Source: Terriglobia bacterium
GTDB taxonomy: Bacteria > Acidobacteriota > Polarisedimenticolia > Polarisedimenticolales > JAIQFR01
Assembly (NCBI GenBank): GCA_963748015.1
Contig: CAVVHE010000004.1
Span: 1,696,001-1,760,000 of the forward strand
Length of the DNA stretch: 64,000 nt
Direction: 5' to 3'
Each line of letters starts with the position of its first letter. Position 1 is the stretch's first letter. The position numbers and the translations under genes are program-made. Positions 24,211 to 34,121 of the stretch are shown here, in pieces. Under the pieces are notes generated by a model, which did no database searches, had not been told where the DNA came from, and saw only the letters and a list, made by a program, of their open reading frames with translations.

Positions 24211-24582
24211 ATGACTAGACGACCGGCAAGAACGATCCTCTTCGTGGTTCTCGCTTCGATGGCTCTCCCCATCGCGGCGCCCGCCCTCGCCGCTCCGGTT
24301 CCGTCGAAGCCGGCGCCTGCCACGGCACCCGCCCCGCGGGACGCCGATGCCGCCACGGTGCGGTCGTTCCTCGAGCGGGGCGACGTCGCCCGCGCGATGG
24401 CCGGCACCGGCCTGACGGCGCCCCAGATCGAGCAGCGCCTGGCGCGCCTGTCGGACGAGGACCTGCGCTCGCTCGCGGCGAATCTCGACCAGGTGCAGGC
24501 AGCGGGCACCGAAGTGCCCCGATACATCTGGGTCCTTCTCGCGGTCTTCCTCGGGGTCTTGATCCTCGCCGCGATCTTCTGA
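24211..24582 (+). CDS. PA2779-like exported/membrane protein
   Basis: Signal peptide, EQRLARLSDEDLRSLA...AAG, C-terminal TM. GGAGG RBS. Confidence 0.75.
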   Translation: MTRRPARTILFVVLASMALPIAAPALAAPVPSKPAPATAPAPRDADAATVRSFLERGDVARAMAGTGLTAPQIEQRLARLSDEDLRSLAANLDQVQAAGTEVPRYIWVLLAVFLGVLILAAIF

Positions 24583-25544
24583 TGCGCCGCGCGGCTCGCG
24601 CCGCGGCCCTCATGCTTTCTGCGGCCGCCCTCGCGGGCTGCGCGACCTTCGCACCCCGCTCGCGCGCTCCCGGCCCCGGCGCGATGGTCGTTCCGGGGGT
24701 GCCCCTGCGCGCCTTCGGAACCGACCGCTGCGGGGCGGGCGCCCTCTCGGCGGTCCTGAACGCGCTCGGGGACCCCGTCACCCTCGAGGCGCTCGACGCC
24801 GAGCTCCCGAAGTCGCCGGGAGGCGGCGTGCTCTCCGTGGACCTGCTCCTCGCGGCGCGCGCGCGCGGCTTCGAGGCCCGGCTCGTCCCGGGGAGCGCGC
24901 GGGAGATCCGCGACGCCGTGCGGTCGGGCCGCCCCGCCATTCTCATGCTCCGGGTGCTCGACGCGCCGGGGGGAAAGCTCGATCTCCACCACTACGTCGT
25001 GGCCGACGGCGTGGACGACGAGCGCGGCCTCTTCCGGGTGCAGTTCGGGGACGGCGAGGGACGCTGGACCCCGCTCGACCCTCTCGAGCGGGCCTGGGCC
25101 GCGGACGGGCACGCCCTCCTGCTGGTCGCGCCCGGCCGGACGCCTCTCGCGGGGGGAGCCGAGGGGCTGAACCGCGCGGTCGCTCTCGAGGGCGCGGGCA
25201 AGCTCGACGAGGCGATCGCGGCGTATCGCGGCGTGGTCGAGGAGCAGCCGGACTGGGCGCTGGCCTGGACCGACCTGGGAAACGCCCTGTCCCGCTCCGG
25301 AAGGACGACGGAGGCCGAGGCCGCCTACCGGCGCGCGCTCGCGATCGATCCCGCTAGCCCCGACGCCCTCAACAACCTCGCATGGCTTCTCCTCGAGGAG
25401 GGCACCCGCCTCGACGAGGCGGAGACCCTCGCCCGGCGCGCGCTCGAGGCGGGCGGGCCGGACGAGGCCCTCGTCCGCGACACCCTGGAACGGATACTCC
25501 GGAAGAAGGGCGGGGTCAGCAGCGCCGAACCGCCACGACCGTGA
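24582..25544 (+). CDS. C39-like cysteine peptidase lipoprotein with TPR repeats (PA2778-like)
   Basis: Lipobox LAGC, VPGVP...RCGAGALSAVL, HYVVADG, TPRs (AWTDLGNAL, ALNNLAWLL). Confidence 0.8.
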   Translation: MRRAARAAALMLSAAALAGCATFAPRSRAPGPGAMVVPGVPLRAFGTDRCGAGALSAVLNALGDPVTLEALDAELPKSPGGGVLSVDLLLAARARGFEARLVPGSAREIRDAVRSGRPAILMLRVLDAPGGKLDLHHYVVADGVDDERGLFRVQFGDGEGRWTPLDPLERAWAADGHALLLVAPGRTPLAGGAEGLNRAVALEGAGKLDEAIAAYRGVVEEQPDWALAWTDLGNALSRSGRTTEAEAAYRRALAIDPASPDALNNLAWLLLEEGTRLDEAETLARRALEAGGPDEALVRDTLERILRKKGGVSSAEPPRP

Positions 25545-27190
25545 TGTCGTCGGTGGGCGGCGCGCCGGCCGTCCACTCGTCGATGGCGCGGCACACCCGG
25601 TCCACGACGGCCTGAAGCGGGCTCGCCCCGGGCCTCCGCGAGCAGCGCCGTCAGCCGCTCCTCGCCGAACTCCTCGCCGCCCGGGCTCGTCGCCTCGGTC
25701 ACGCCGTCGCTGAACAGCAGGAGCAGGTCTCCCGGATCGAGGCGCGCGCGCCGCTCCTCGTAGCCGAGGTCCGGGAACATGCCGAGCACCGTTCCGCCCC
25801 CGCGGAGCTGCTCCGCCTGGCCGTCGTGCCGTACCAGCAGCGGCGGGTTGTGGCCCGCGTTGCAGTAGATGGTCTCCCCCGACGGGGGGTCGATCACGCA
25901 GAGGAACAGCGTGACGAAGCGGTTCCCCGGACAGTTCTTCGCCATCATCCGGTCGAGGCGGGACATCAAGAGCGGCAGGTCGTCGGGCTCCTCGAGGAGC
26001 ACCTGGACTCTCGCCTGCAGGCTGGCCATCAGCAGCGACGCGGGAAGCCCCTTGCCGGAGACGTCCGCGAGCACCACGCCGACCCTTCCGTCGGGAAGGG
26101 GAAAGAAATCGTAGTAGTCGCCGCCCACCGTGTAGCACGCCGCGTTGCTCCCGGCGAGCTCGAGGCCGGGCACGTCCGGGGCGCGCTCGGGAAGCAGGCG
26201 CCGCTGGATCTCGGCCGCCTGGTCGAGCTCCTTCTGGCGGAGCTGGTTCACCACCTCGACCAGCGCTAGCCGCTCCTGCTCGATGCGGATCGCCGCGACG
26301 TTCGCGAGCACGGTGAGCAGGTCGAGGTCGCGGGGCGTCAGGTCCACCGCGAGCGCGGGGAAGTCCACGTAGATCAGCCCGATCACCTGATCGCTGGTCT
26401 GGAGCGGGACCGCCATCAGCGTCCTCACGTTCTGCTCGCTGATGCTGACGCGGTTCTTCAAGGCCTCGTCGAGGCTGGTGTCGCGGACCAGCAGGGACTG
26501 CTTCGAGTGGAGCACCCGGTCGCGGACCGCGGTGCTGATACGGAACCCCTCGCCGCGGGCGGCCTGCGCGATCAGCCCCTCCTTCTCCACCGTGAGGAGC
26601 ACTCCGCGGTCCGCCTTGACCGTCTCGACCGACAGGTCGAGGATCAGCTGGAACAGCTCGGGGAGGGGGCGGCGGATCGCGAGCTCGCGGCCGGCGCGAA
26701 TGAGGGCGTTGACCGCGGTCTCGTCGAACGTCTTCCGCGGCGCCGCCTCCTGGCCGCGCACGGGGATCTTGCCGGAGACGGTCGGCAGGCTCTCCGAGGA
26801 CAGCGCCCCCTCGAGGTTCGACACGATGGTGGCGTTCGGCGGCAGGTCCGCCTCCGAGCCGGCGTAGAAGGTGACGTCGCCGCCCCCGTTGGCGAGCGGG
26901 TCGCCGAAGACGATCGTGAGGTGACCGGCCGTGATCCGGTCGCCGGGCTCGAGGCGCCGCGGCGCCGTCAAGCGCTCGCCGTTGACGAACGTGCCGTTCT
27001 TGCTGCCGAGATCCTGGACCGTCCAGTGGTCGCCGTCCCTCTCGAGCGAAAGGTGACGCCTCGAGAGGCTGGTGTCCTCGGGGTAGTGGAGGTCGTTGTC
27101 GTGCGCGCGGCCCATCGAGAGCCGGTCGCCGTCGAGCGGCAGCGTCTGGGTGCCGCCGTCGGCGGTGCGTATCGCGATCGTTCGCTTCAT
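25516..27190 (-). CDS. FHA-GAF-SpoIIE (PP2C) phosphatase; indel near 25620
   Basis: FHA (GRAHDND, SRRH, DLGSKNGTFVNG), GAF, VGGDYYD, ADVSGKG, SDGVTE. The final DDIT motif lies in another frame ending at TGA 25516-25518. Confidence 0.88.
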
Positions 27191-27251
27191 GAAGGTCGTC
27201 TCCTCGGAACGGCTCGTCCTGGCTGCACCTAGGATAATACTGCCGAGGACG

Positions 27252-28778
27252 TCAACGAACCGCGTCGGGGAAGAACGGCCTCAGCTCCTCGTCCGTGGGC
27301 GGGGGCGAGAGATAGGAGCCGATCACGAGGCCCATCATGGAGAGCGCGAACGAGAAGAAGATCCCGGGGATCCCCCACGGGTCCTTCCCGAAGAACCCGG
27401 CCTCCCCCGCGCCTGGCGCCCCGATCATCACGCCGGGCCAGGCGTAGGGCAGCACGATCTCGAAGAACAGCGTGCCCACCGTGCCGAGCAGGATGGACAG
27501 GAGGCCCCCGAGGCGCGTGGCCCGCTTCCAGGTCAGCGCAGCCAGGAGCGCCGGAGTCACCGCGACGCCGTAGATGGTGTACGCGAAGTAGCTGTACTGC
27601 AGCACCGAGATGTTCGACTTGAGAACCGTCGGGACGAAGATCATCAGGAAGGCGAGGAAGCCGATCACCACCACCACGATCTTCTGCAGCGCGGCCATGC
27701 GCCTCGGGTCGGCATCCGGCCGGATGAACCTCTGGTAGACGTCCCGCATGACGTTCGTGCTGGGCGACAGCAGGTAGTTCATGCCGGTCGAGATCACCAC
27801 GGCGCACGCGGCGCCGATGAGCAGGACGCCGACGGGAAGCGGCACCATCCGCCGGGCGGCCTGCAGCACCATCGCCCGGGCGTCCCAGCCCGTCGCGTGC
27901 TCCGCGTTGTAGCTCGACGCGTAGATGGCGATCACCACTACGACCGTCTCGACGACGATCGTCCCGAAGATCCACACCCCCACCGCGGCGCGGGCCTCGG
28001 CGGCGCTCCTCGCCGCATAGAATTTCTGGTACATGGACTGCACGCCCATGAGGAGGAGGAGCGTCGAGAAGGCGTACCCCACGGCCTTCAGAACGGGAAA
28101 GTGCCCGAAGTCGGCCGAGAACGCCGCGAAGTGGCTCGCGGGCAGGACCTGCGCCGCGTGCGACCAGCCGCCGGCGGTCAGGACGACGAACGGGACCGAG
28201 ACGAGGCACGCCAGGACGATCACGATCCCGTTCGGCAGATCGGTGTACGCCACCGCCACCATCCCGCCGAGCGCCGTGAAGAGGATCACGAAGGCGGCGG
28301 CGGCCAGTTGGCCCCACTCGACGGAGATCCTGCCCTCGCTGACGACGTTCAGGATGTACCCCCCGGCGCGGAACTGGTACGCGACGATCGTCGTGAACGA
28401 GAGCACGATCGCGACGGCGCCGAACAGCCGGGCGAACTTGCCGTAGCGGACCTCGAGGATGTCGCCGACCGTGTACTGGCCGAACGTGCGGATCTTCGCG
28501 GCAAGGAAGAAGATCACCAGGATCCCGATCCAGGCTCCGGCGGGAAGCCACAGGGAGGACCAGCCGGCGTAGTAGGCGTACTCCGCCCCCGCGATGAAGG
28601 TCCCGGAGCCGATCCAGGTGCAGATGAGCGTGAAGACGATCACCCAGAGGCTCAGGGTGCGGCCCGCGACCATCATGTCGTCCTGGGTCTTCACCTTTCT
28701 CGCCCGGAGGACGTTGAGGGCCGTGAGGATCCCGAAGTAGATCAGGATCGCCGCGGCGAAGACGTAGGTTTGGTTCAT
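27252..28778 (-). CDS. Sodium:solute symporter family protein
   Basis: MVAGRTL, TWIGSGTFIAGAEYAY, TALGGMVAVAYTD, about 13 TM helices. Confidence 0.9.
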   Translation of the reverse strand: MNQTYVFAAAILIYFGILTALNVLRARKVKTQDDMMVAGRTLSLWVIVFTLICTWIGSGTFIAGAEYAYYAGWSSLWLPAGAWIGILVIFFLAAKIRTFGQYTVGDILEVRYGKFARLFGAVAIVLSFTTIVAYQFRAGGYILNVVSEGRISVEWGQLAAAAFVILFTALGGMVAVAYTDLPNGIVIVLACLVSVPFVVLTAGGWSHAAQVLPASHFAAFSADFGHFPVLKAVGYAFSTLLLLMGVQSMYQKFYAARSAAEARAAVGVWIFGTIVVETVVVVIAIYASSYNAEHATGWDARAMVLQAARRMVPLPVGVLLIGAACAVVISTGMNYLLSPSTNVMRDVYQRFIRPDADPRRMAALQKIVVVVIGFLAFLMIFVPTVLKSNISVLQYSYFAYTIYGVAVTPALLAALTWKRATRLGGLLSILLGTVGTLFFEIVLPYAWPGVMIGAPGAGEAGFFGKDPWGIPGIFFSFALSMMGLVIGSYLSPPPTDEELRPFFPDAVR

Positions 28779-28915
28779 CGGGGTCGTCCTCCCTGGCGCG
28801 CGCCCAGCGCGGCACCCGCCCGCTCCGCCGGACGGTGGCGAAGCATACCCGATTCCGGACGAGCGGGGTTATCATTCCCGGCCCGGCGCGCCCGCCGGGA
28901 TCGAGGAGGTCCCGC

Positions 28916-30397
28916 GTGCCCCGCAGCCTGTTCCGCTCCTTTCCCCGGGTCTTCTGGATCGCCAACGTGATGGAGCTGTTCGAGAGGGCGGCCTATTACG
29001 GGCTGAACTCGGTGCTGGCGGTCTACCTCACGGCCAGCCCCGCCTCCGGGGGGCTCGGCTTCGGCGAGCAGGCGGTCGGGTTCCTCCAGGGGATTGTCTA
29101 CGCGGCAACTTACGTCATCCCGATCCTGGGAGGCGCGCTCGCGGACCGGTACGGCTACCGCCGGATGCTGCTCTTCGCCTTCTCGCTCCTGAGCGTCGGG
29201 TATTTCGCCTCGGGCCACATGTCGAGCTACGCGCTGGTGTTCCTCTTCCTCCTCGTCATGGCCACCGGGGCCGGGCTGTTCAAGCCGATCATCTCGGGAA
29301 CGATCGCGCGCTCCACCGACGAGCGCACTTCCGCCTTCGGATTCGGCATCTACTACTGGATGATCAACCTCGGCGCGTTCCTGGCGCCGCTCGTCGTCTC
29401 CTACCTCAAGGGGTTCTCCTGGCGGGCCGTCTTCACGGCCTCCGCGGCCTACACGGCGCTCATGCTCCTCCCGGCCGTCTTCCTGTACCGCGACCCGCCC
29501 AAGCCTTCGAGCGGGAAGAAGCTGCGTGAGGTCCTCGTCGGCGCCGCCGAGGTGCTCGGGGACGCCCGGTTCATGCTGATGATCGTGGTGTACTCCGGGT
29601 TCTGGATCCTGTACTTCCAGAACTTCGGCTCGGTCCTCTGGTATCTCAGGGACTTCGTGGACAAGGAGCCCGTGAACCGGGCGGTCAACGCGATGCTCGC
29701 GGCGCTCCGGCTCCCCGCGCGCTTCTCGTTCGACGCCGAGCACGTCACCGTCATCAACGCGGGGATGATCATCGCGCTGCAGGTCGCGGTGAGCCGGATC
29801 GTGAAGGAGCGTCGCGCGCTCCCCACCATGGTCGCCGGGATGGCGCTCGGCGCCGCCGGGTTCGCGTGCCTCGCGATCTCGGCGAACCCCTGGATCTTCA
29901 TCCTCGGGATCGCGGTCTTCTCCGTCGGCGAGATGACCGCCCATCCGAAGTACTACAGCTTCGTCGGGCTCGTCGCTCCGAAGGACCGCGTCGCGGTGTA
30001 CATGGGGTACGCTTTCCTGTACGGGGTATTCGGCTCGCTCCTCGGCTCGAACCTCGGGTCGTTCCTCTACGAGAAGATGCTCAAGCCGGCCATGGGAACT
30101 CCGGCCGCCCCGGCAAGATCCCGCCTCTTCTGGTCGCTCTTTGCCCTCCTGGACGTCGCGGCCTCGGCCGGACTCGTCCTGTTCGCGCGCTCGTTCGGCG
30201 AGGACACGGAGTCCACCCGAAGGCGCGCGGCGAAGGTCATGCGGGGCGTCTATGCGGGGGTCTTCGTCCTGGGGGTGGCCTTCCTGTTCGTGGCCTTCGC
30301 CGGTCCGGCCGTGCAGTACAAGACGGCGATACAGGCAGCGATCTTCCTCGCACTGGGCACCGGTGGGTTCGCCGTCGGCCTCCGCGGGCGGAAATGA
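28916..30397 (+). CDS. MFS transporter, POT/PTR peptide-transporter-like
   Basis: ELFERAAYYG (ExxERxxxY), GGALADRYG, GAGLFKP, FGIYYWMINLG. Confidence 0.88.
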   Translation: MPRSLFRSFPRVFWIANVMELFERAAYYGLNSVLAVYLTASPASGGLGFGEQAVGFLQGIVYAATYVIPILGGALADRYGYRRMLLFAFSLLSVGYFASGHMSSYALVFLFLLVMATGAGLFKPIISGTIARSTDERTSAFGFGIYYWMINLGAFLAPLVVSYLKGFSWRAVFTASAAYTALMLLPAVFLYRDPPKPSSGKKLREVLVGAAEVLGDARFMLMIVVYSGFWILYFQNFGSVLWYLRDFVDKEPVNRAVNAMLAALRLPARFSFDAEHVTVINAGMIIALQVAVSRIVKERRALPTMVAGMALGAAGFACLAISANPWIFILGIAVFSVGEMTAHPKYYSFVGLVAPKDRVAVYMGYAFLYGVFGSLLGSNLGSFLYEKMLKPAMGTPAAPARSRLFWSLFALLDVAASAGLVLFARSFGEDTESTRRRAAKVMRGVYAGVFVLGVAFLFVAFAGPAVQYKTAIQAAIFLALGTGGFAVGLRGRK

Positions 30398-30623
30398 CGA
30401 CGGCGTTTTCCGGATTTCCCGCCGATACCCGATTCGAGTGCAATTTTGTGATCGCGATGGTACGAATCGTGCTTTTACCTCACTGCCGGTGGATGATCCC
30501 GTAACGTCCACGCGCCCGGCGGGAGGTATCACGATGGCGTCCGTTCCGGCCCTCCGATCACGGAAATCGGTTTCGGAGGGACGATCTTCGGCGACTGTCG
30601 GAACCGAACTGGAGGAGGAGGTC

Positions 30624-32279
30624 ATGAGCATGGGAAACCGAATCGGAAACGTGACGCGCGCCGCCCTGGCGGCGCTCTCTGCCGTCGTATTCGCCACGAC
30701 CGCGGGTTACGCGGCGTTCCCCGGCGCGAACGGCCGGATCGCCGCGGAAACCAACCGCACGTTCGATCTGAGGATCGTGACGATGAACCCCGACGGGACC
30801 GACGTGCGGTTCCTCACGAACAACTACGTGAGAGAACAGCACCCCGCGTGGTCCCCCGACGGGACGAGAATCGCGTTCGTTTCGGACGCGGGTGGCCACA
30901 ACGAGATCTGGGTCGTCAACGCGGATGGAACGAACCCCTCGCGTCTCACCGTCAGCGCGACCAACGACACGTTCCCCGCCTGGTCTCCCGACGGCCTCCG
31001 CATCGCCTTCACCCGTAACGATTCCGTAACGCTCCGTGACGATATCTGGGTCATGAGCGCGGCGGACGGGAGCGGGCTCGTTCGTCTCACCACCACGGAT
31101 GCCTCGGGCGAGTCCCAGCCCGCCTGGTCCCCCGACGGCTCGAAGATCGCTTTCGTAACGAACCGGGACGGCGATCTCGAGATCTACTCGATGAACGCGG
31201 ACGGCTCGGGCGCGACCAACCTGACCCAGAGCCCGTCTTCGGACGAGACCTCTCCCGACTGGGCCCCCGACGGCTCGCTCATCGTCTTCGACAGCGACCG
31301 AACGGACGTGCTTTTCGCCCGGCTGTTCGTCATGGCCCCCGACGGCTCCGCCCAGCAGGAGGTCCCGGGCACGGAGGCTGGGGACGAGCAGCCCGCCTTC
31401 TCTCCCGACGGCGCTTCGATCGCGTTCGCGGGACTCCGGGACTCGGCCTGGGCGATCCACCGCATGACGCTCGGCGACCCGGCGACGCGCTCGGTCGTCA
31501 GCGATGCGGACTCCTATGGACTCGACGAGCTGCACCCCGATTGGCAAGCGGTTCGGGAGCAGACGGACAACCGGCCGCCGGTGGCGGATGCCGGTCCCGG
31601 CGGCACGGTCGAATGCGCTTCGCCCGGGGGCGGCAGCGTGATGCTCGACGGCTCCGGCTCCTCGGATCCCGACTCGACACCGGGCACCCATGACGACATC
31701 GTCTCGTTCGAGTGGTTCCTGGGCTTCGGCACGGCGGCGCAGGCGCTGGTCGCGACCGGGGAAAGGACCGGGGCCGTGCTCCCGCTCGGCCGGAGCGTCG
31801 TCACGCTCCGGGTCACCGACAAGCAGGGTGCGACGTCCACGGACGACGCGGTCTGGTCCGTGCGCGACACCGTGCCTCCCACGATCTCGGTGTCCGTCGA
31901 CCCGGCCGTGATCTGGCCGCCGAACCACCGGATGGTCCCGGTGCACGCGACGGTGACCGCCACGGACGCCTGCGGCTCGCCGTCCGTCGTCCTCGCCGCC
32001 GTCACGAGCAACGAGGCCATGGGCCGAATCAAGGGGAAGGGCGACGGAGGCCCCGACGTCCAGGGCGCGGACATCGGCCGCGCGGATTTCGACCTGCTGC
32101 TCCGCGCGGAGAGACTGGGCACCGGGCAGGGCCGGGTCTACTCGATCGTCTACAGCGCGACCGATGCGGCGGGTAACGGGTCGGCGGCCCGCGCCACGGT
32201 CACGGTTCCCCACGACCAGGGCAGGCGCTCCTCCGACCAACCGCCGTTGGGGCGGGCCCCCTGGCGCAAGACTCGTTAG
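30624..32279 (+). CDS. Secreted TolB-like beta-propeller (PD40 repeats) with PKD/Ig-like C-terminal domains
   Basis: Signal peptide, repeated PAWSPDG, NRPPVADAG...LDGSGSSDPD, WPPNHRMV domain. GGAGGAGG RBS. Confidence 0.85.
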   Translation: MSMGNRIGNVTRAALAALSAVVFATTAGYAAFPGANGRIAAETNRTFDLRIVTMNPDGTDVRFLTNNYVREQHPAWSPDGTRIAFVSDAGGHNEIWVVNADGTNPSRLTVSATNDTFPAWSPDGLRIAFTRNDSVTLRDDIWVMSAADGSGLVRLTTTDASGESQPAWSPDGSKIAFVTNRDGDLEIYSMNADGSGATNLTQSPSSDETSPDWAPDGSLIVFDSDRTDVLFARLFVMAPDGSAQQEVPGTEAGDEQPAFSPDGASIAFAGLRDSAWAIHRMTLGDPATRSVVSDADSYGLDELHPDWQAVREQTDNRPPVADAGPGGTVECASPGGGSVMLDGSGSSDPDSTPGTHDDIVSFEWFLGFGTAAQALVATGERTGAVLPLGRSVVTLRVTDKQGATSTDDAVWSVRDTVPPTISVSVDPAVIWPPNHRMVPVHATVTATDACGSPSVVLAAVTSNEAMGRIKGKGDGGPDVQGADIGRADFDLLLRAERLGTGQGRVYSIVYSATDAAGNGSAARATVTVPHDQGRRSSDQPPLGRAPWRKTR

Positions 32280-32331
32280 GCAGCACGCGCGGCCGGGCGC
32301 CGACGTGGCGCCCGGCCGCGCGTTTCACGAT

Positions 32332-32868
32332 CTAGTCCCGCAGCGGCTCCCAGACCTCGGCGCCGAAAAGGTCCCAGCTCAGCCTTCCCTCGTCGGTCTC
32401 CCCGGGCTCCGGAGAGAAATGGACGTCGGTGAGGTAGAGGATCCGCGCCGTTCCCGTGCCGATGTTCCGGCAGCCGTGCGCCACTCCGGGCGGGATGCGC
32501 ACCAGGCGGGACTCCCCGTCGCCGAGCGTCAGGCGCAGCCGCTTTCCCTCCGTGGGCGAGCCCGACCGGACGTCCACCAGCACGAGCAGGATACGGTCCG
32601 ACGGGGGCACGAACCAGACGTCGGTCTGGCGACGGTGCACGTGGAAGGCCTTGATCGCGCCGGGCTCGAGCGTGCTGAAGTTGACCTGGGCCGCGGCGAA
32701 CCCCTCGAGCCCCTCGACCCGTCCGTCCCGGAGGCGCGCCAGCTCCGTCATCGAGCCGGTCTCGTCATGGGCGCGGCGCAGCGTCACGAGAGCCACCCCT
32801 TCGATTCCGGGCCGCTTCGAGTAGTCCTGAACCCGGTAGCATGCCTCCGCGTCCGCACTGAGCTTCAT
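32332..32868 (-). CDS. RmlC-like dTDP-sugar 3,5-epimerase (cupin)
   Basis: QVNFSTLEPGAIKAFHVH, VDVRSGSPT, IPPGVAHG. Confidence 0.8.
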   Translation of the reverse strand: MKLSADAEACYRVQDYSKRPGIEGVALVTLRRAHDETGSMTELARLRDGRVEGLEGFAAAQVNFSTLEPGAIKAFHVHRRQTDVWFVPPSDRILLVLVDVRSGSPTEGKRLRLTLGDGESRLVRIPPGVAHGCRNIGTGTARILYLTDVHFSPEPGETDEGRLSWDLFGAEVWEPLRD

Positions 32869-32996
32869 CGCGAGATTCCTCCCGGCCGGCCCGGGCATCG
32901 GGCCCCGGGGAGATTCTATGCGAGTTGGGCCCGCCTTGACGGCACCCGCCGGACATCCCATAACAGGAATGCCGGAAGAGGCACTCGAGGGCCACG

Positions 32997-34121
32997 ATGA
33001 ACGAGCCGACCGCGAAAAAGGCCGGAACGAGGGCGGAGCCCTCGAGCGGCGGCTGGGCGCTCGAGATCGGCACCGTGATGGGGATCCCGATCCGGATCCA
33101 CTTCACGTTCCTGCTCCTGCTGCTCTGGTTCGGCTTCGCGGCAACCGCGCGCGGCGAGAGCGCCCCCCGGGCGGTGCTCGTCCTCGTGCTGCTGTTCGCC
33201 TGCGTCGTTCTCCACGAGTTGGGGCACGCGGCGATGGCCCGCCGCTTCGGCGTGCGGACGCGGGAGATCGTCCTCTACCCGATCGGCGGGATCGCGAAGC
33301 TCGAGAACATCCCCGGCGGCATGGCGGAGCTCCTTATCGCGCTCGCGGGTCCGGCGGTGAACCTCTTCATCGCGATTCTCCTCGTAGCCGCGATGGCCCT
33401 TCTCGGCATGGGGCCGGCCGTCGACTTCGGGCTCCTCCTTCCCCCGGGCCCGATCCTCCCCAAGCTCCTGGCGGCGAACCTCGCCCTCATCGCTTTCAAT
33501 CTGATCCCGGCCTTTCCCATGGATGGCGGGCGCGTGCTCCGCGCCTCGCTCTCGATGGCCTTCGGAGAAGAGAAGGCCACGCGGGTCGCCGCCGCGGTCG
33601 GCCAGGGGATCGCGGTTCTCTTCGGCGCCACCGGCCTGTTCACCGGCCAATGGGGCCTCCTGTTCATCGCGCTCTTCGTATTTCTCGGGGCGGGCCAGGA
33701 AGCCGCCTTCAACCGCCGGCGCGCCATGGTCGTCGGCCGGACGGCTCGCGAGGCGATGATCACGCGTTTCGAGACTCTCGCTCCCCAGGACTCGCTCGGC
33801 CGCGCGGCGGAGGTGCTTCTCGCGACCCACCAGCAGGACTTCCCCGTGGTGGACGCCTGGAGCCGCGTCGCGGGGGTGCTCTCGCGCGCCGGCCTCATGC
33901 AGGGCCTCGCGAGGGAAGGAAACTCGGGCGCGGTGCTGGACGTGATGCAGCGGGAGTTCCCCGTCGTCGCTCCCGGCAGCGAGCTCGATGAAGTTCTGCG
34001 CTACTTCCAGAGCGACCCGCGCATGCCGGTGATCGTTCTCGACGGGGAGCAGCTCGTCGGGATGATCACCCTCGAGAACCTCGCGGAGTTCATCCAGATC
34101 GCCCGGTTCGCCCACGCGTGA
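32997..34121 (+). CDS. Site-2 protease (M50) with CBS pair
   Basis: HELGH, ALAGPAVN, FNLIPAFPMDGGR, CBS domains. Confidence 0.93.
   Translation: MNEPTAKKAGTRAEPSSGGWALEIGTVMGIPIRIHFTFLLLLLWFGFAATARGESAPRAVLVLVLLFACVVLHELGHAAMARRFGVRTREIVLYPIGGIAKLENIPGGMAELLIALAGPAVNLFIAILLVAAMALLGMGPAVDFGLLLPPGPILPKLLAANLALIAFNLIPAFPMDGGRVLRASLSMAFGEEKATRVAAAVGQGIAVLFGATGLFTGQWGLLFIALFVFLGAGQEAAFNRRRAMVVGRTAREAMITRFETLAPQDSLGRAAEVLLATHQQDFPVVDAWSRVAGVLSRAGLMQGLAREGNSGAVLDVMQREFPVVAPGSELDEVLRYFQSDPRMPVIVLDGEQLVGMITLENLAEFIQIARFAHA

Noticed and set aside
30840..31420. Recurring TGGTC(C/T)CCCGACGG-like DNA repeats, here and in 39400-43400
   Set aside because: They encode PD40 WSPDG protein repeats; not CRISPR. 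No array or cas genes were seen in the window.
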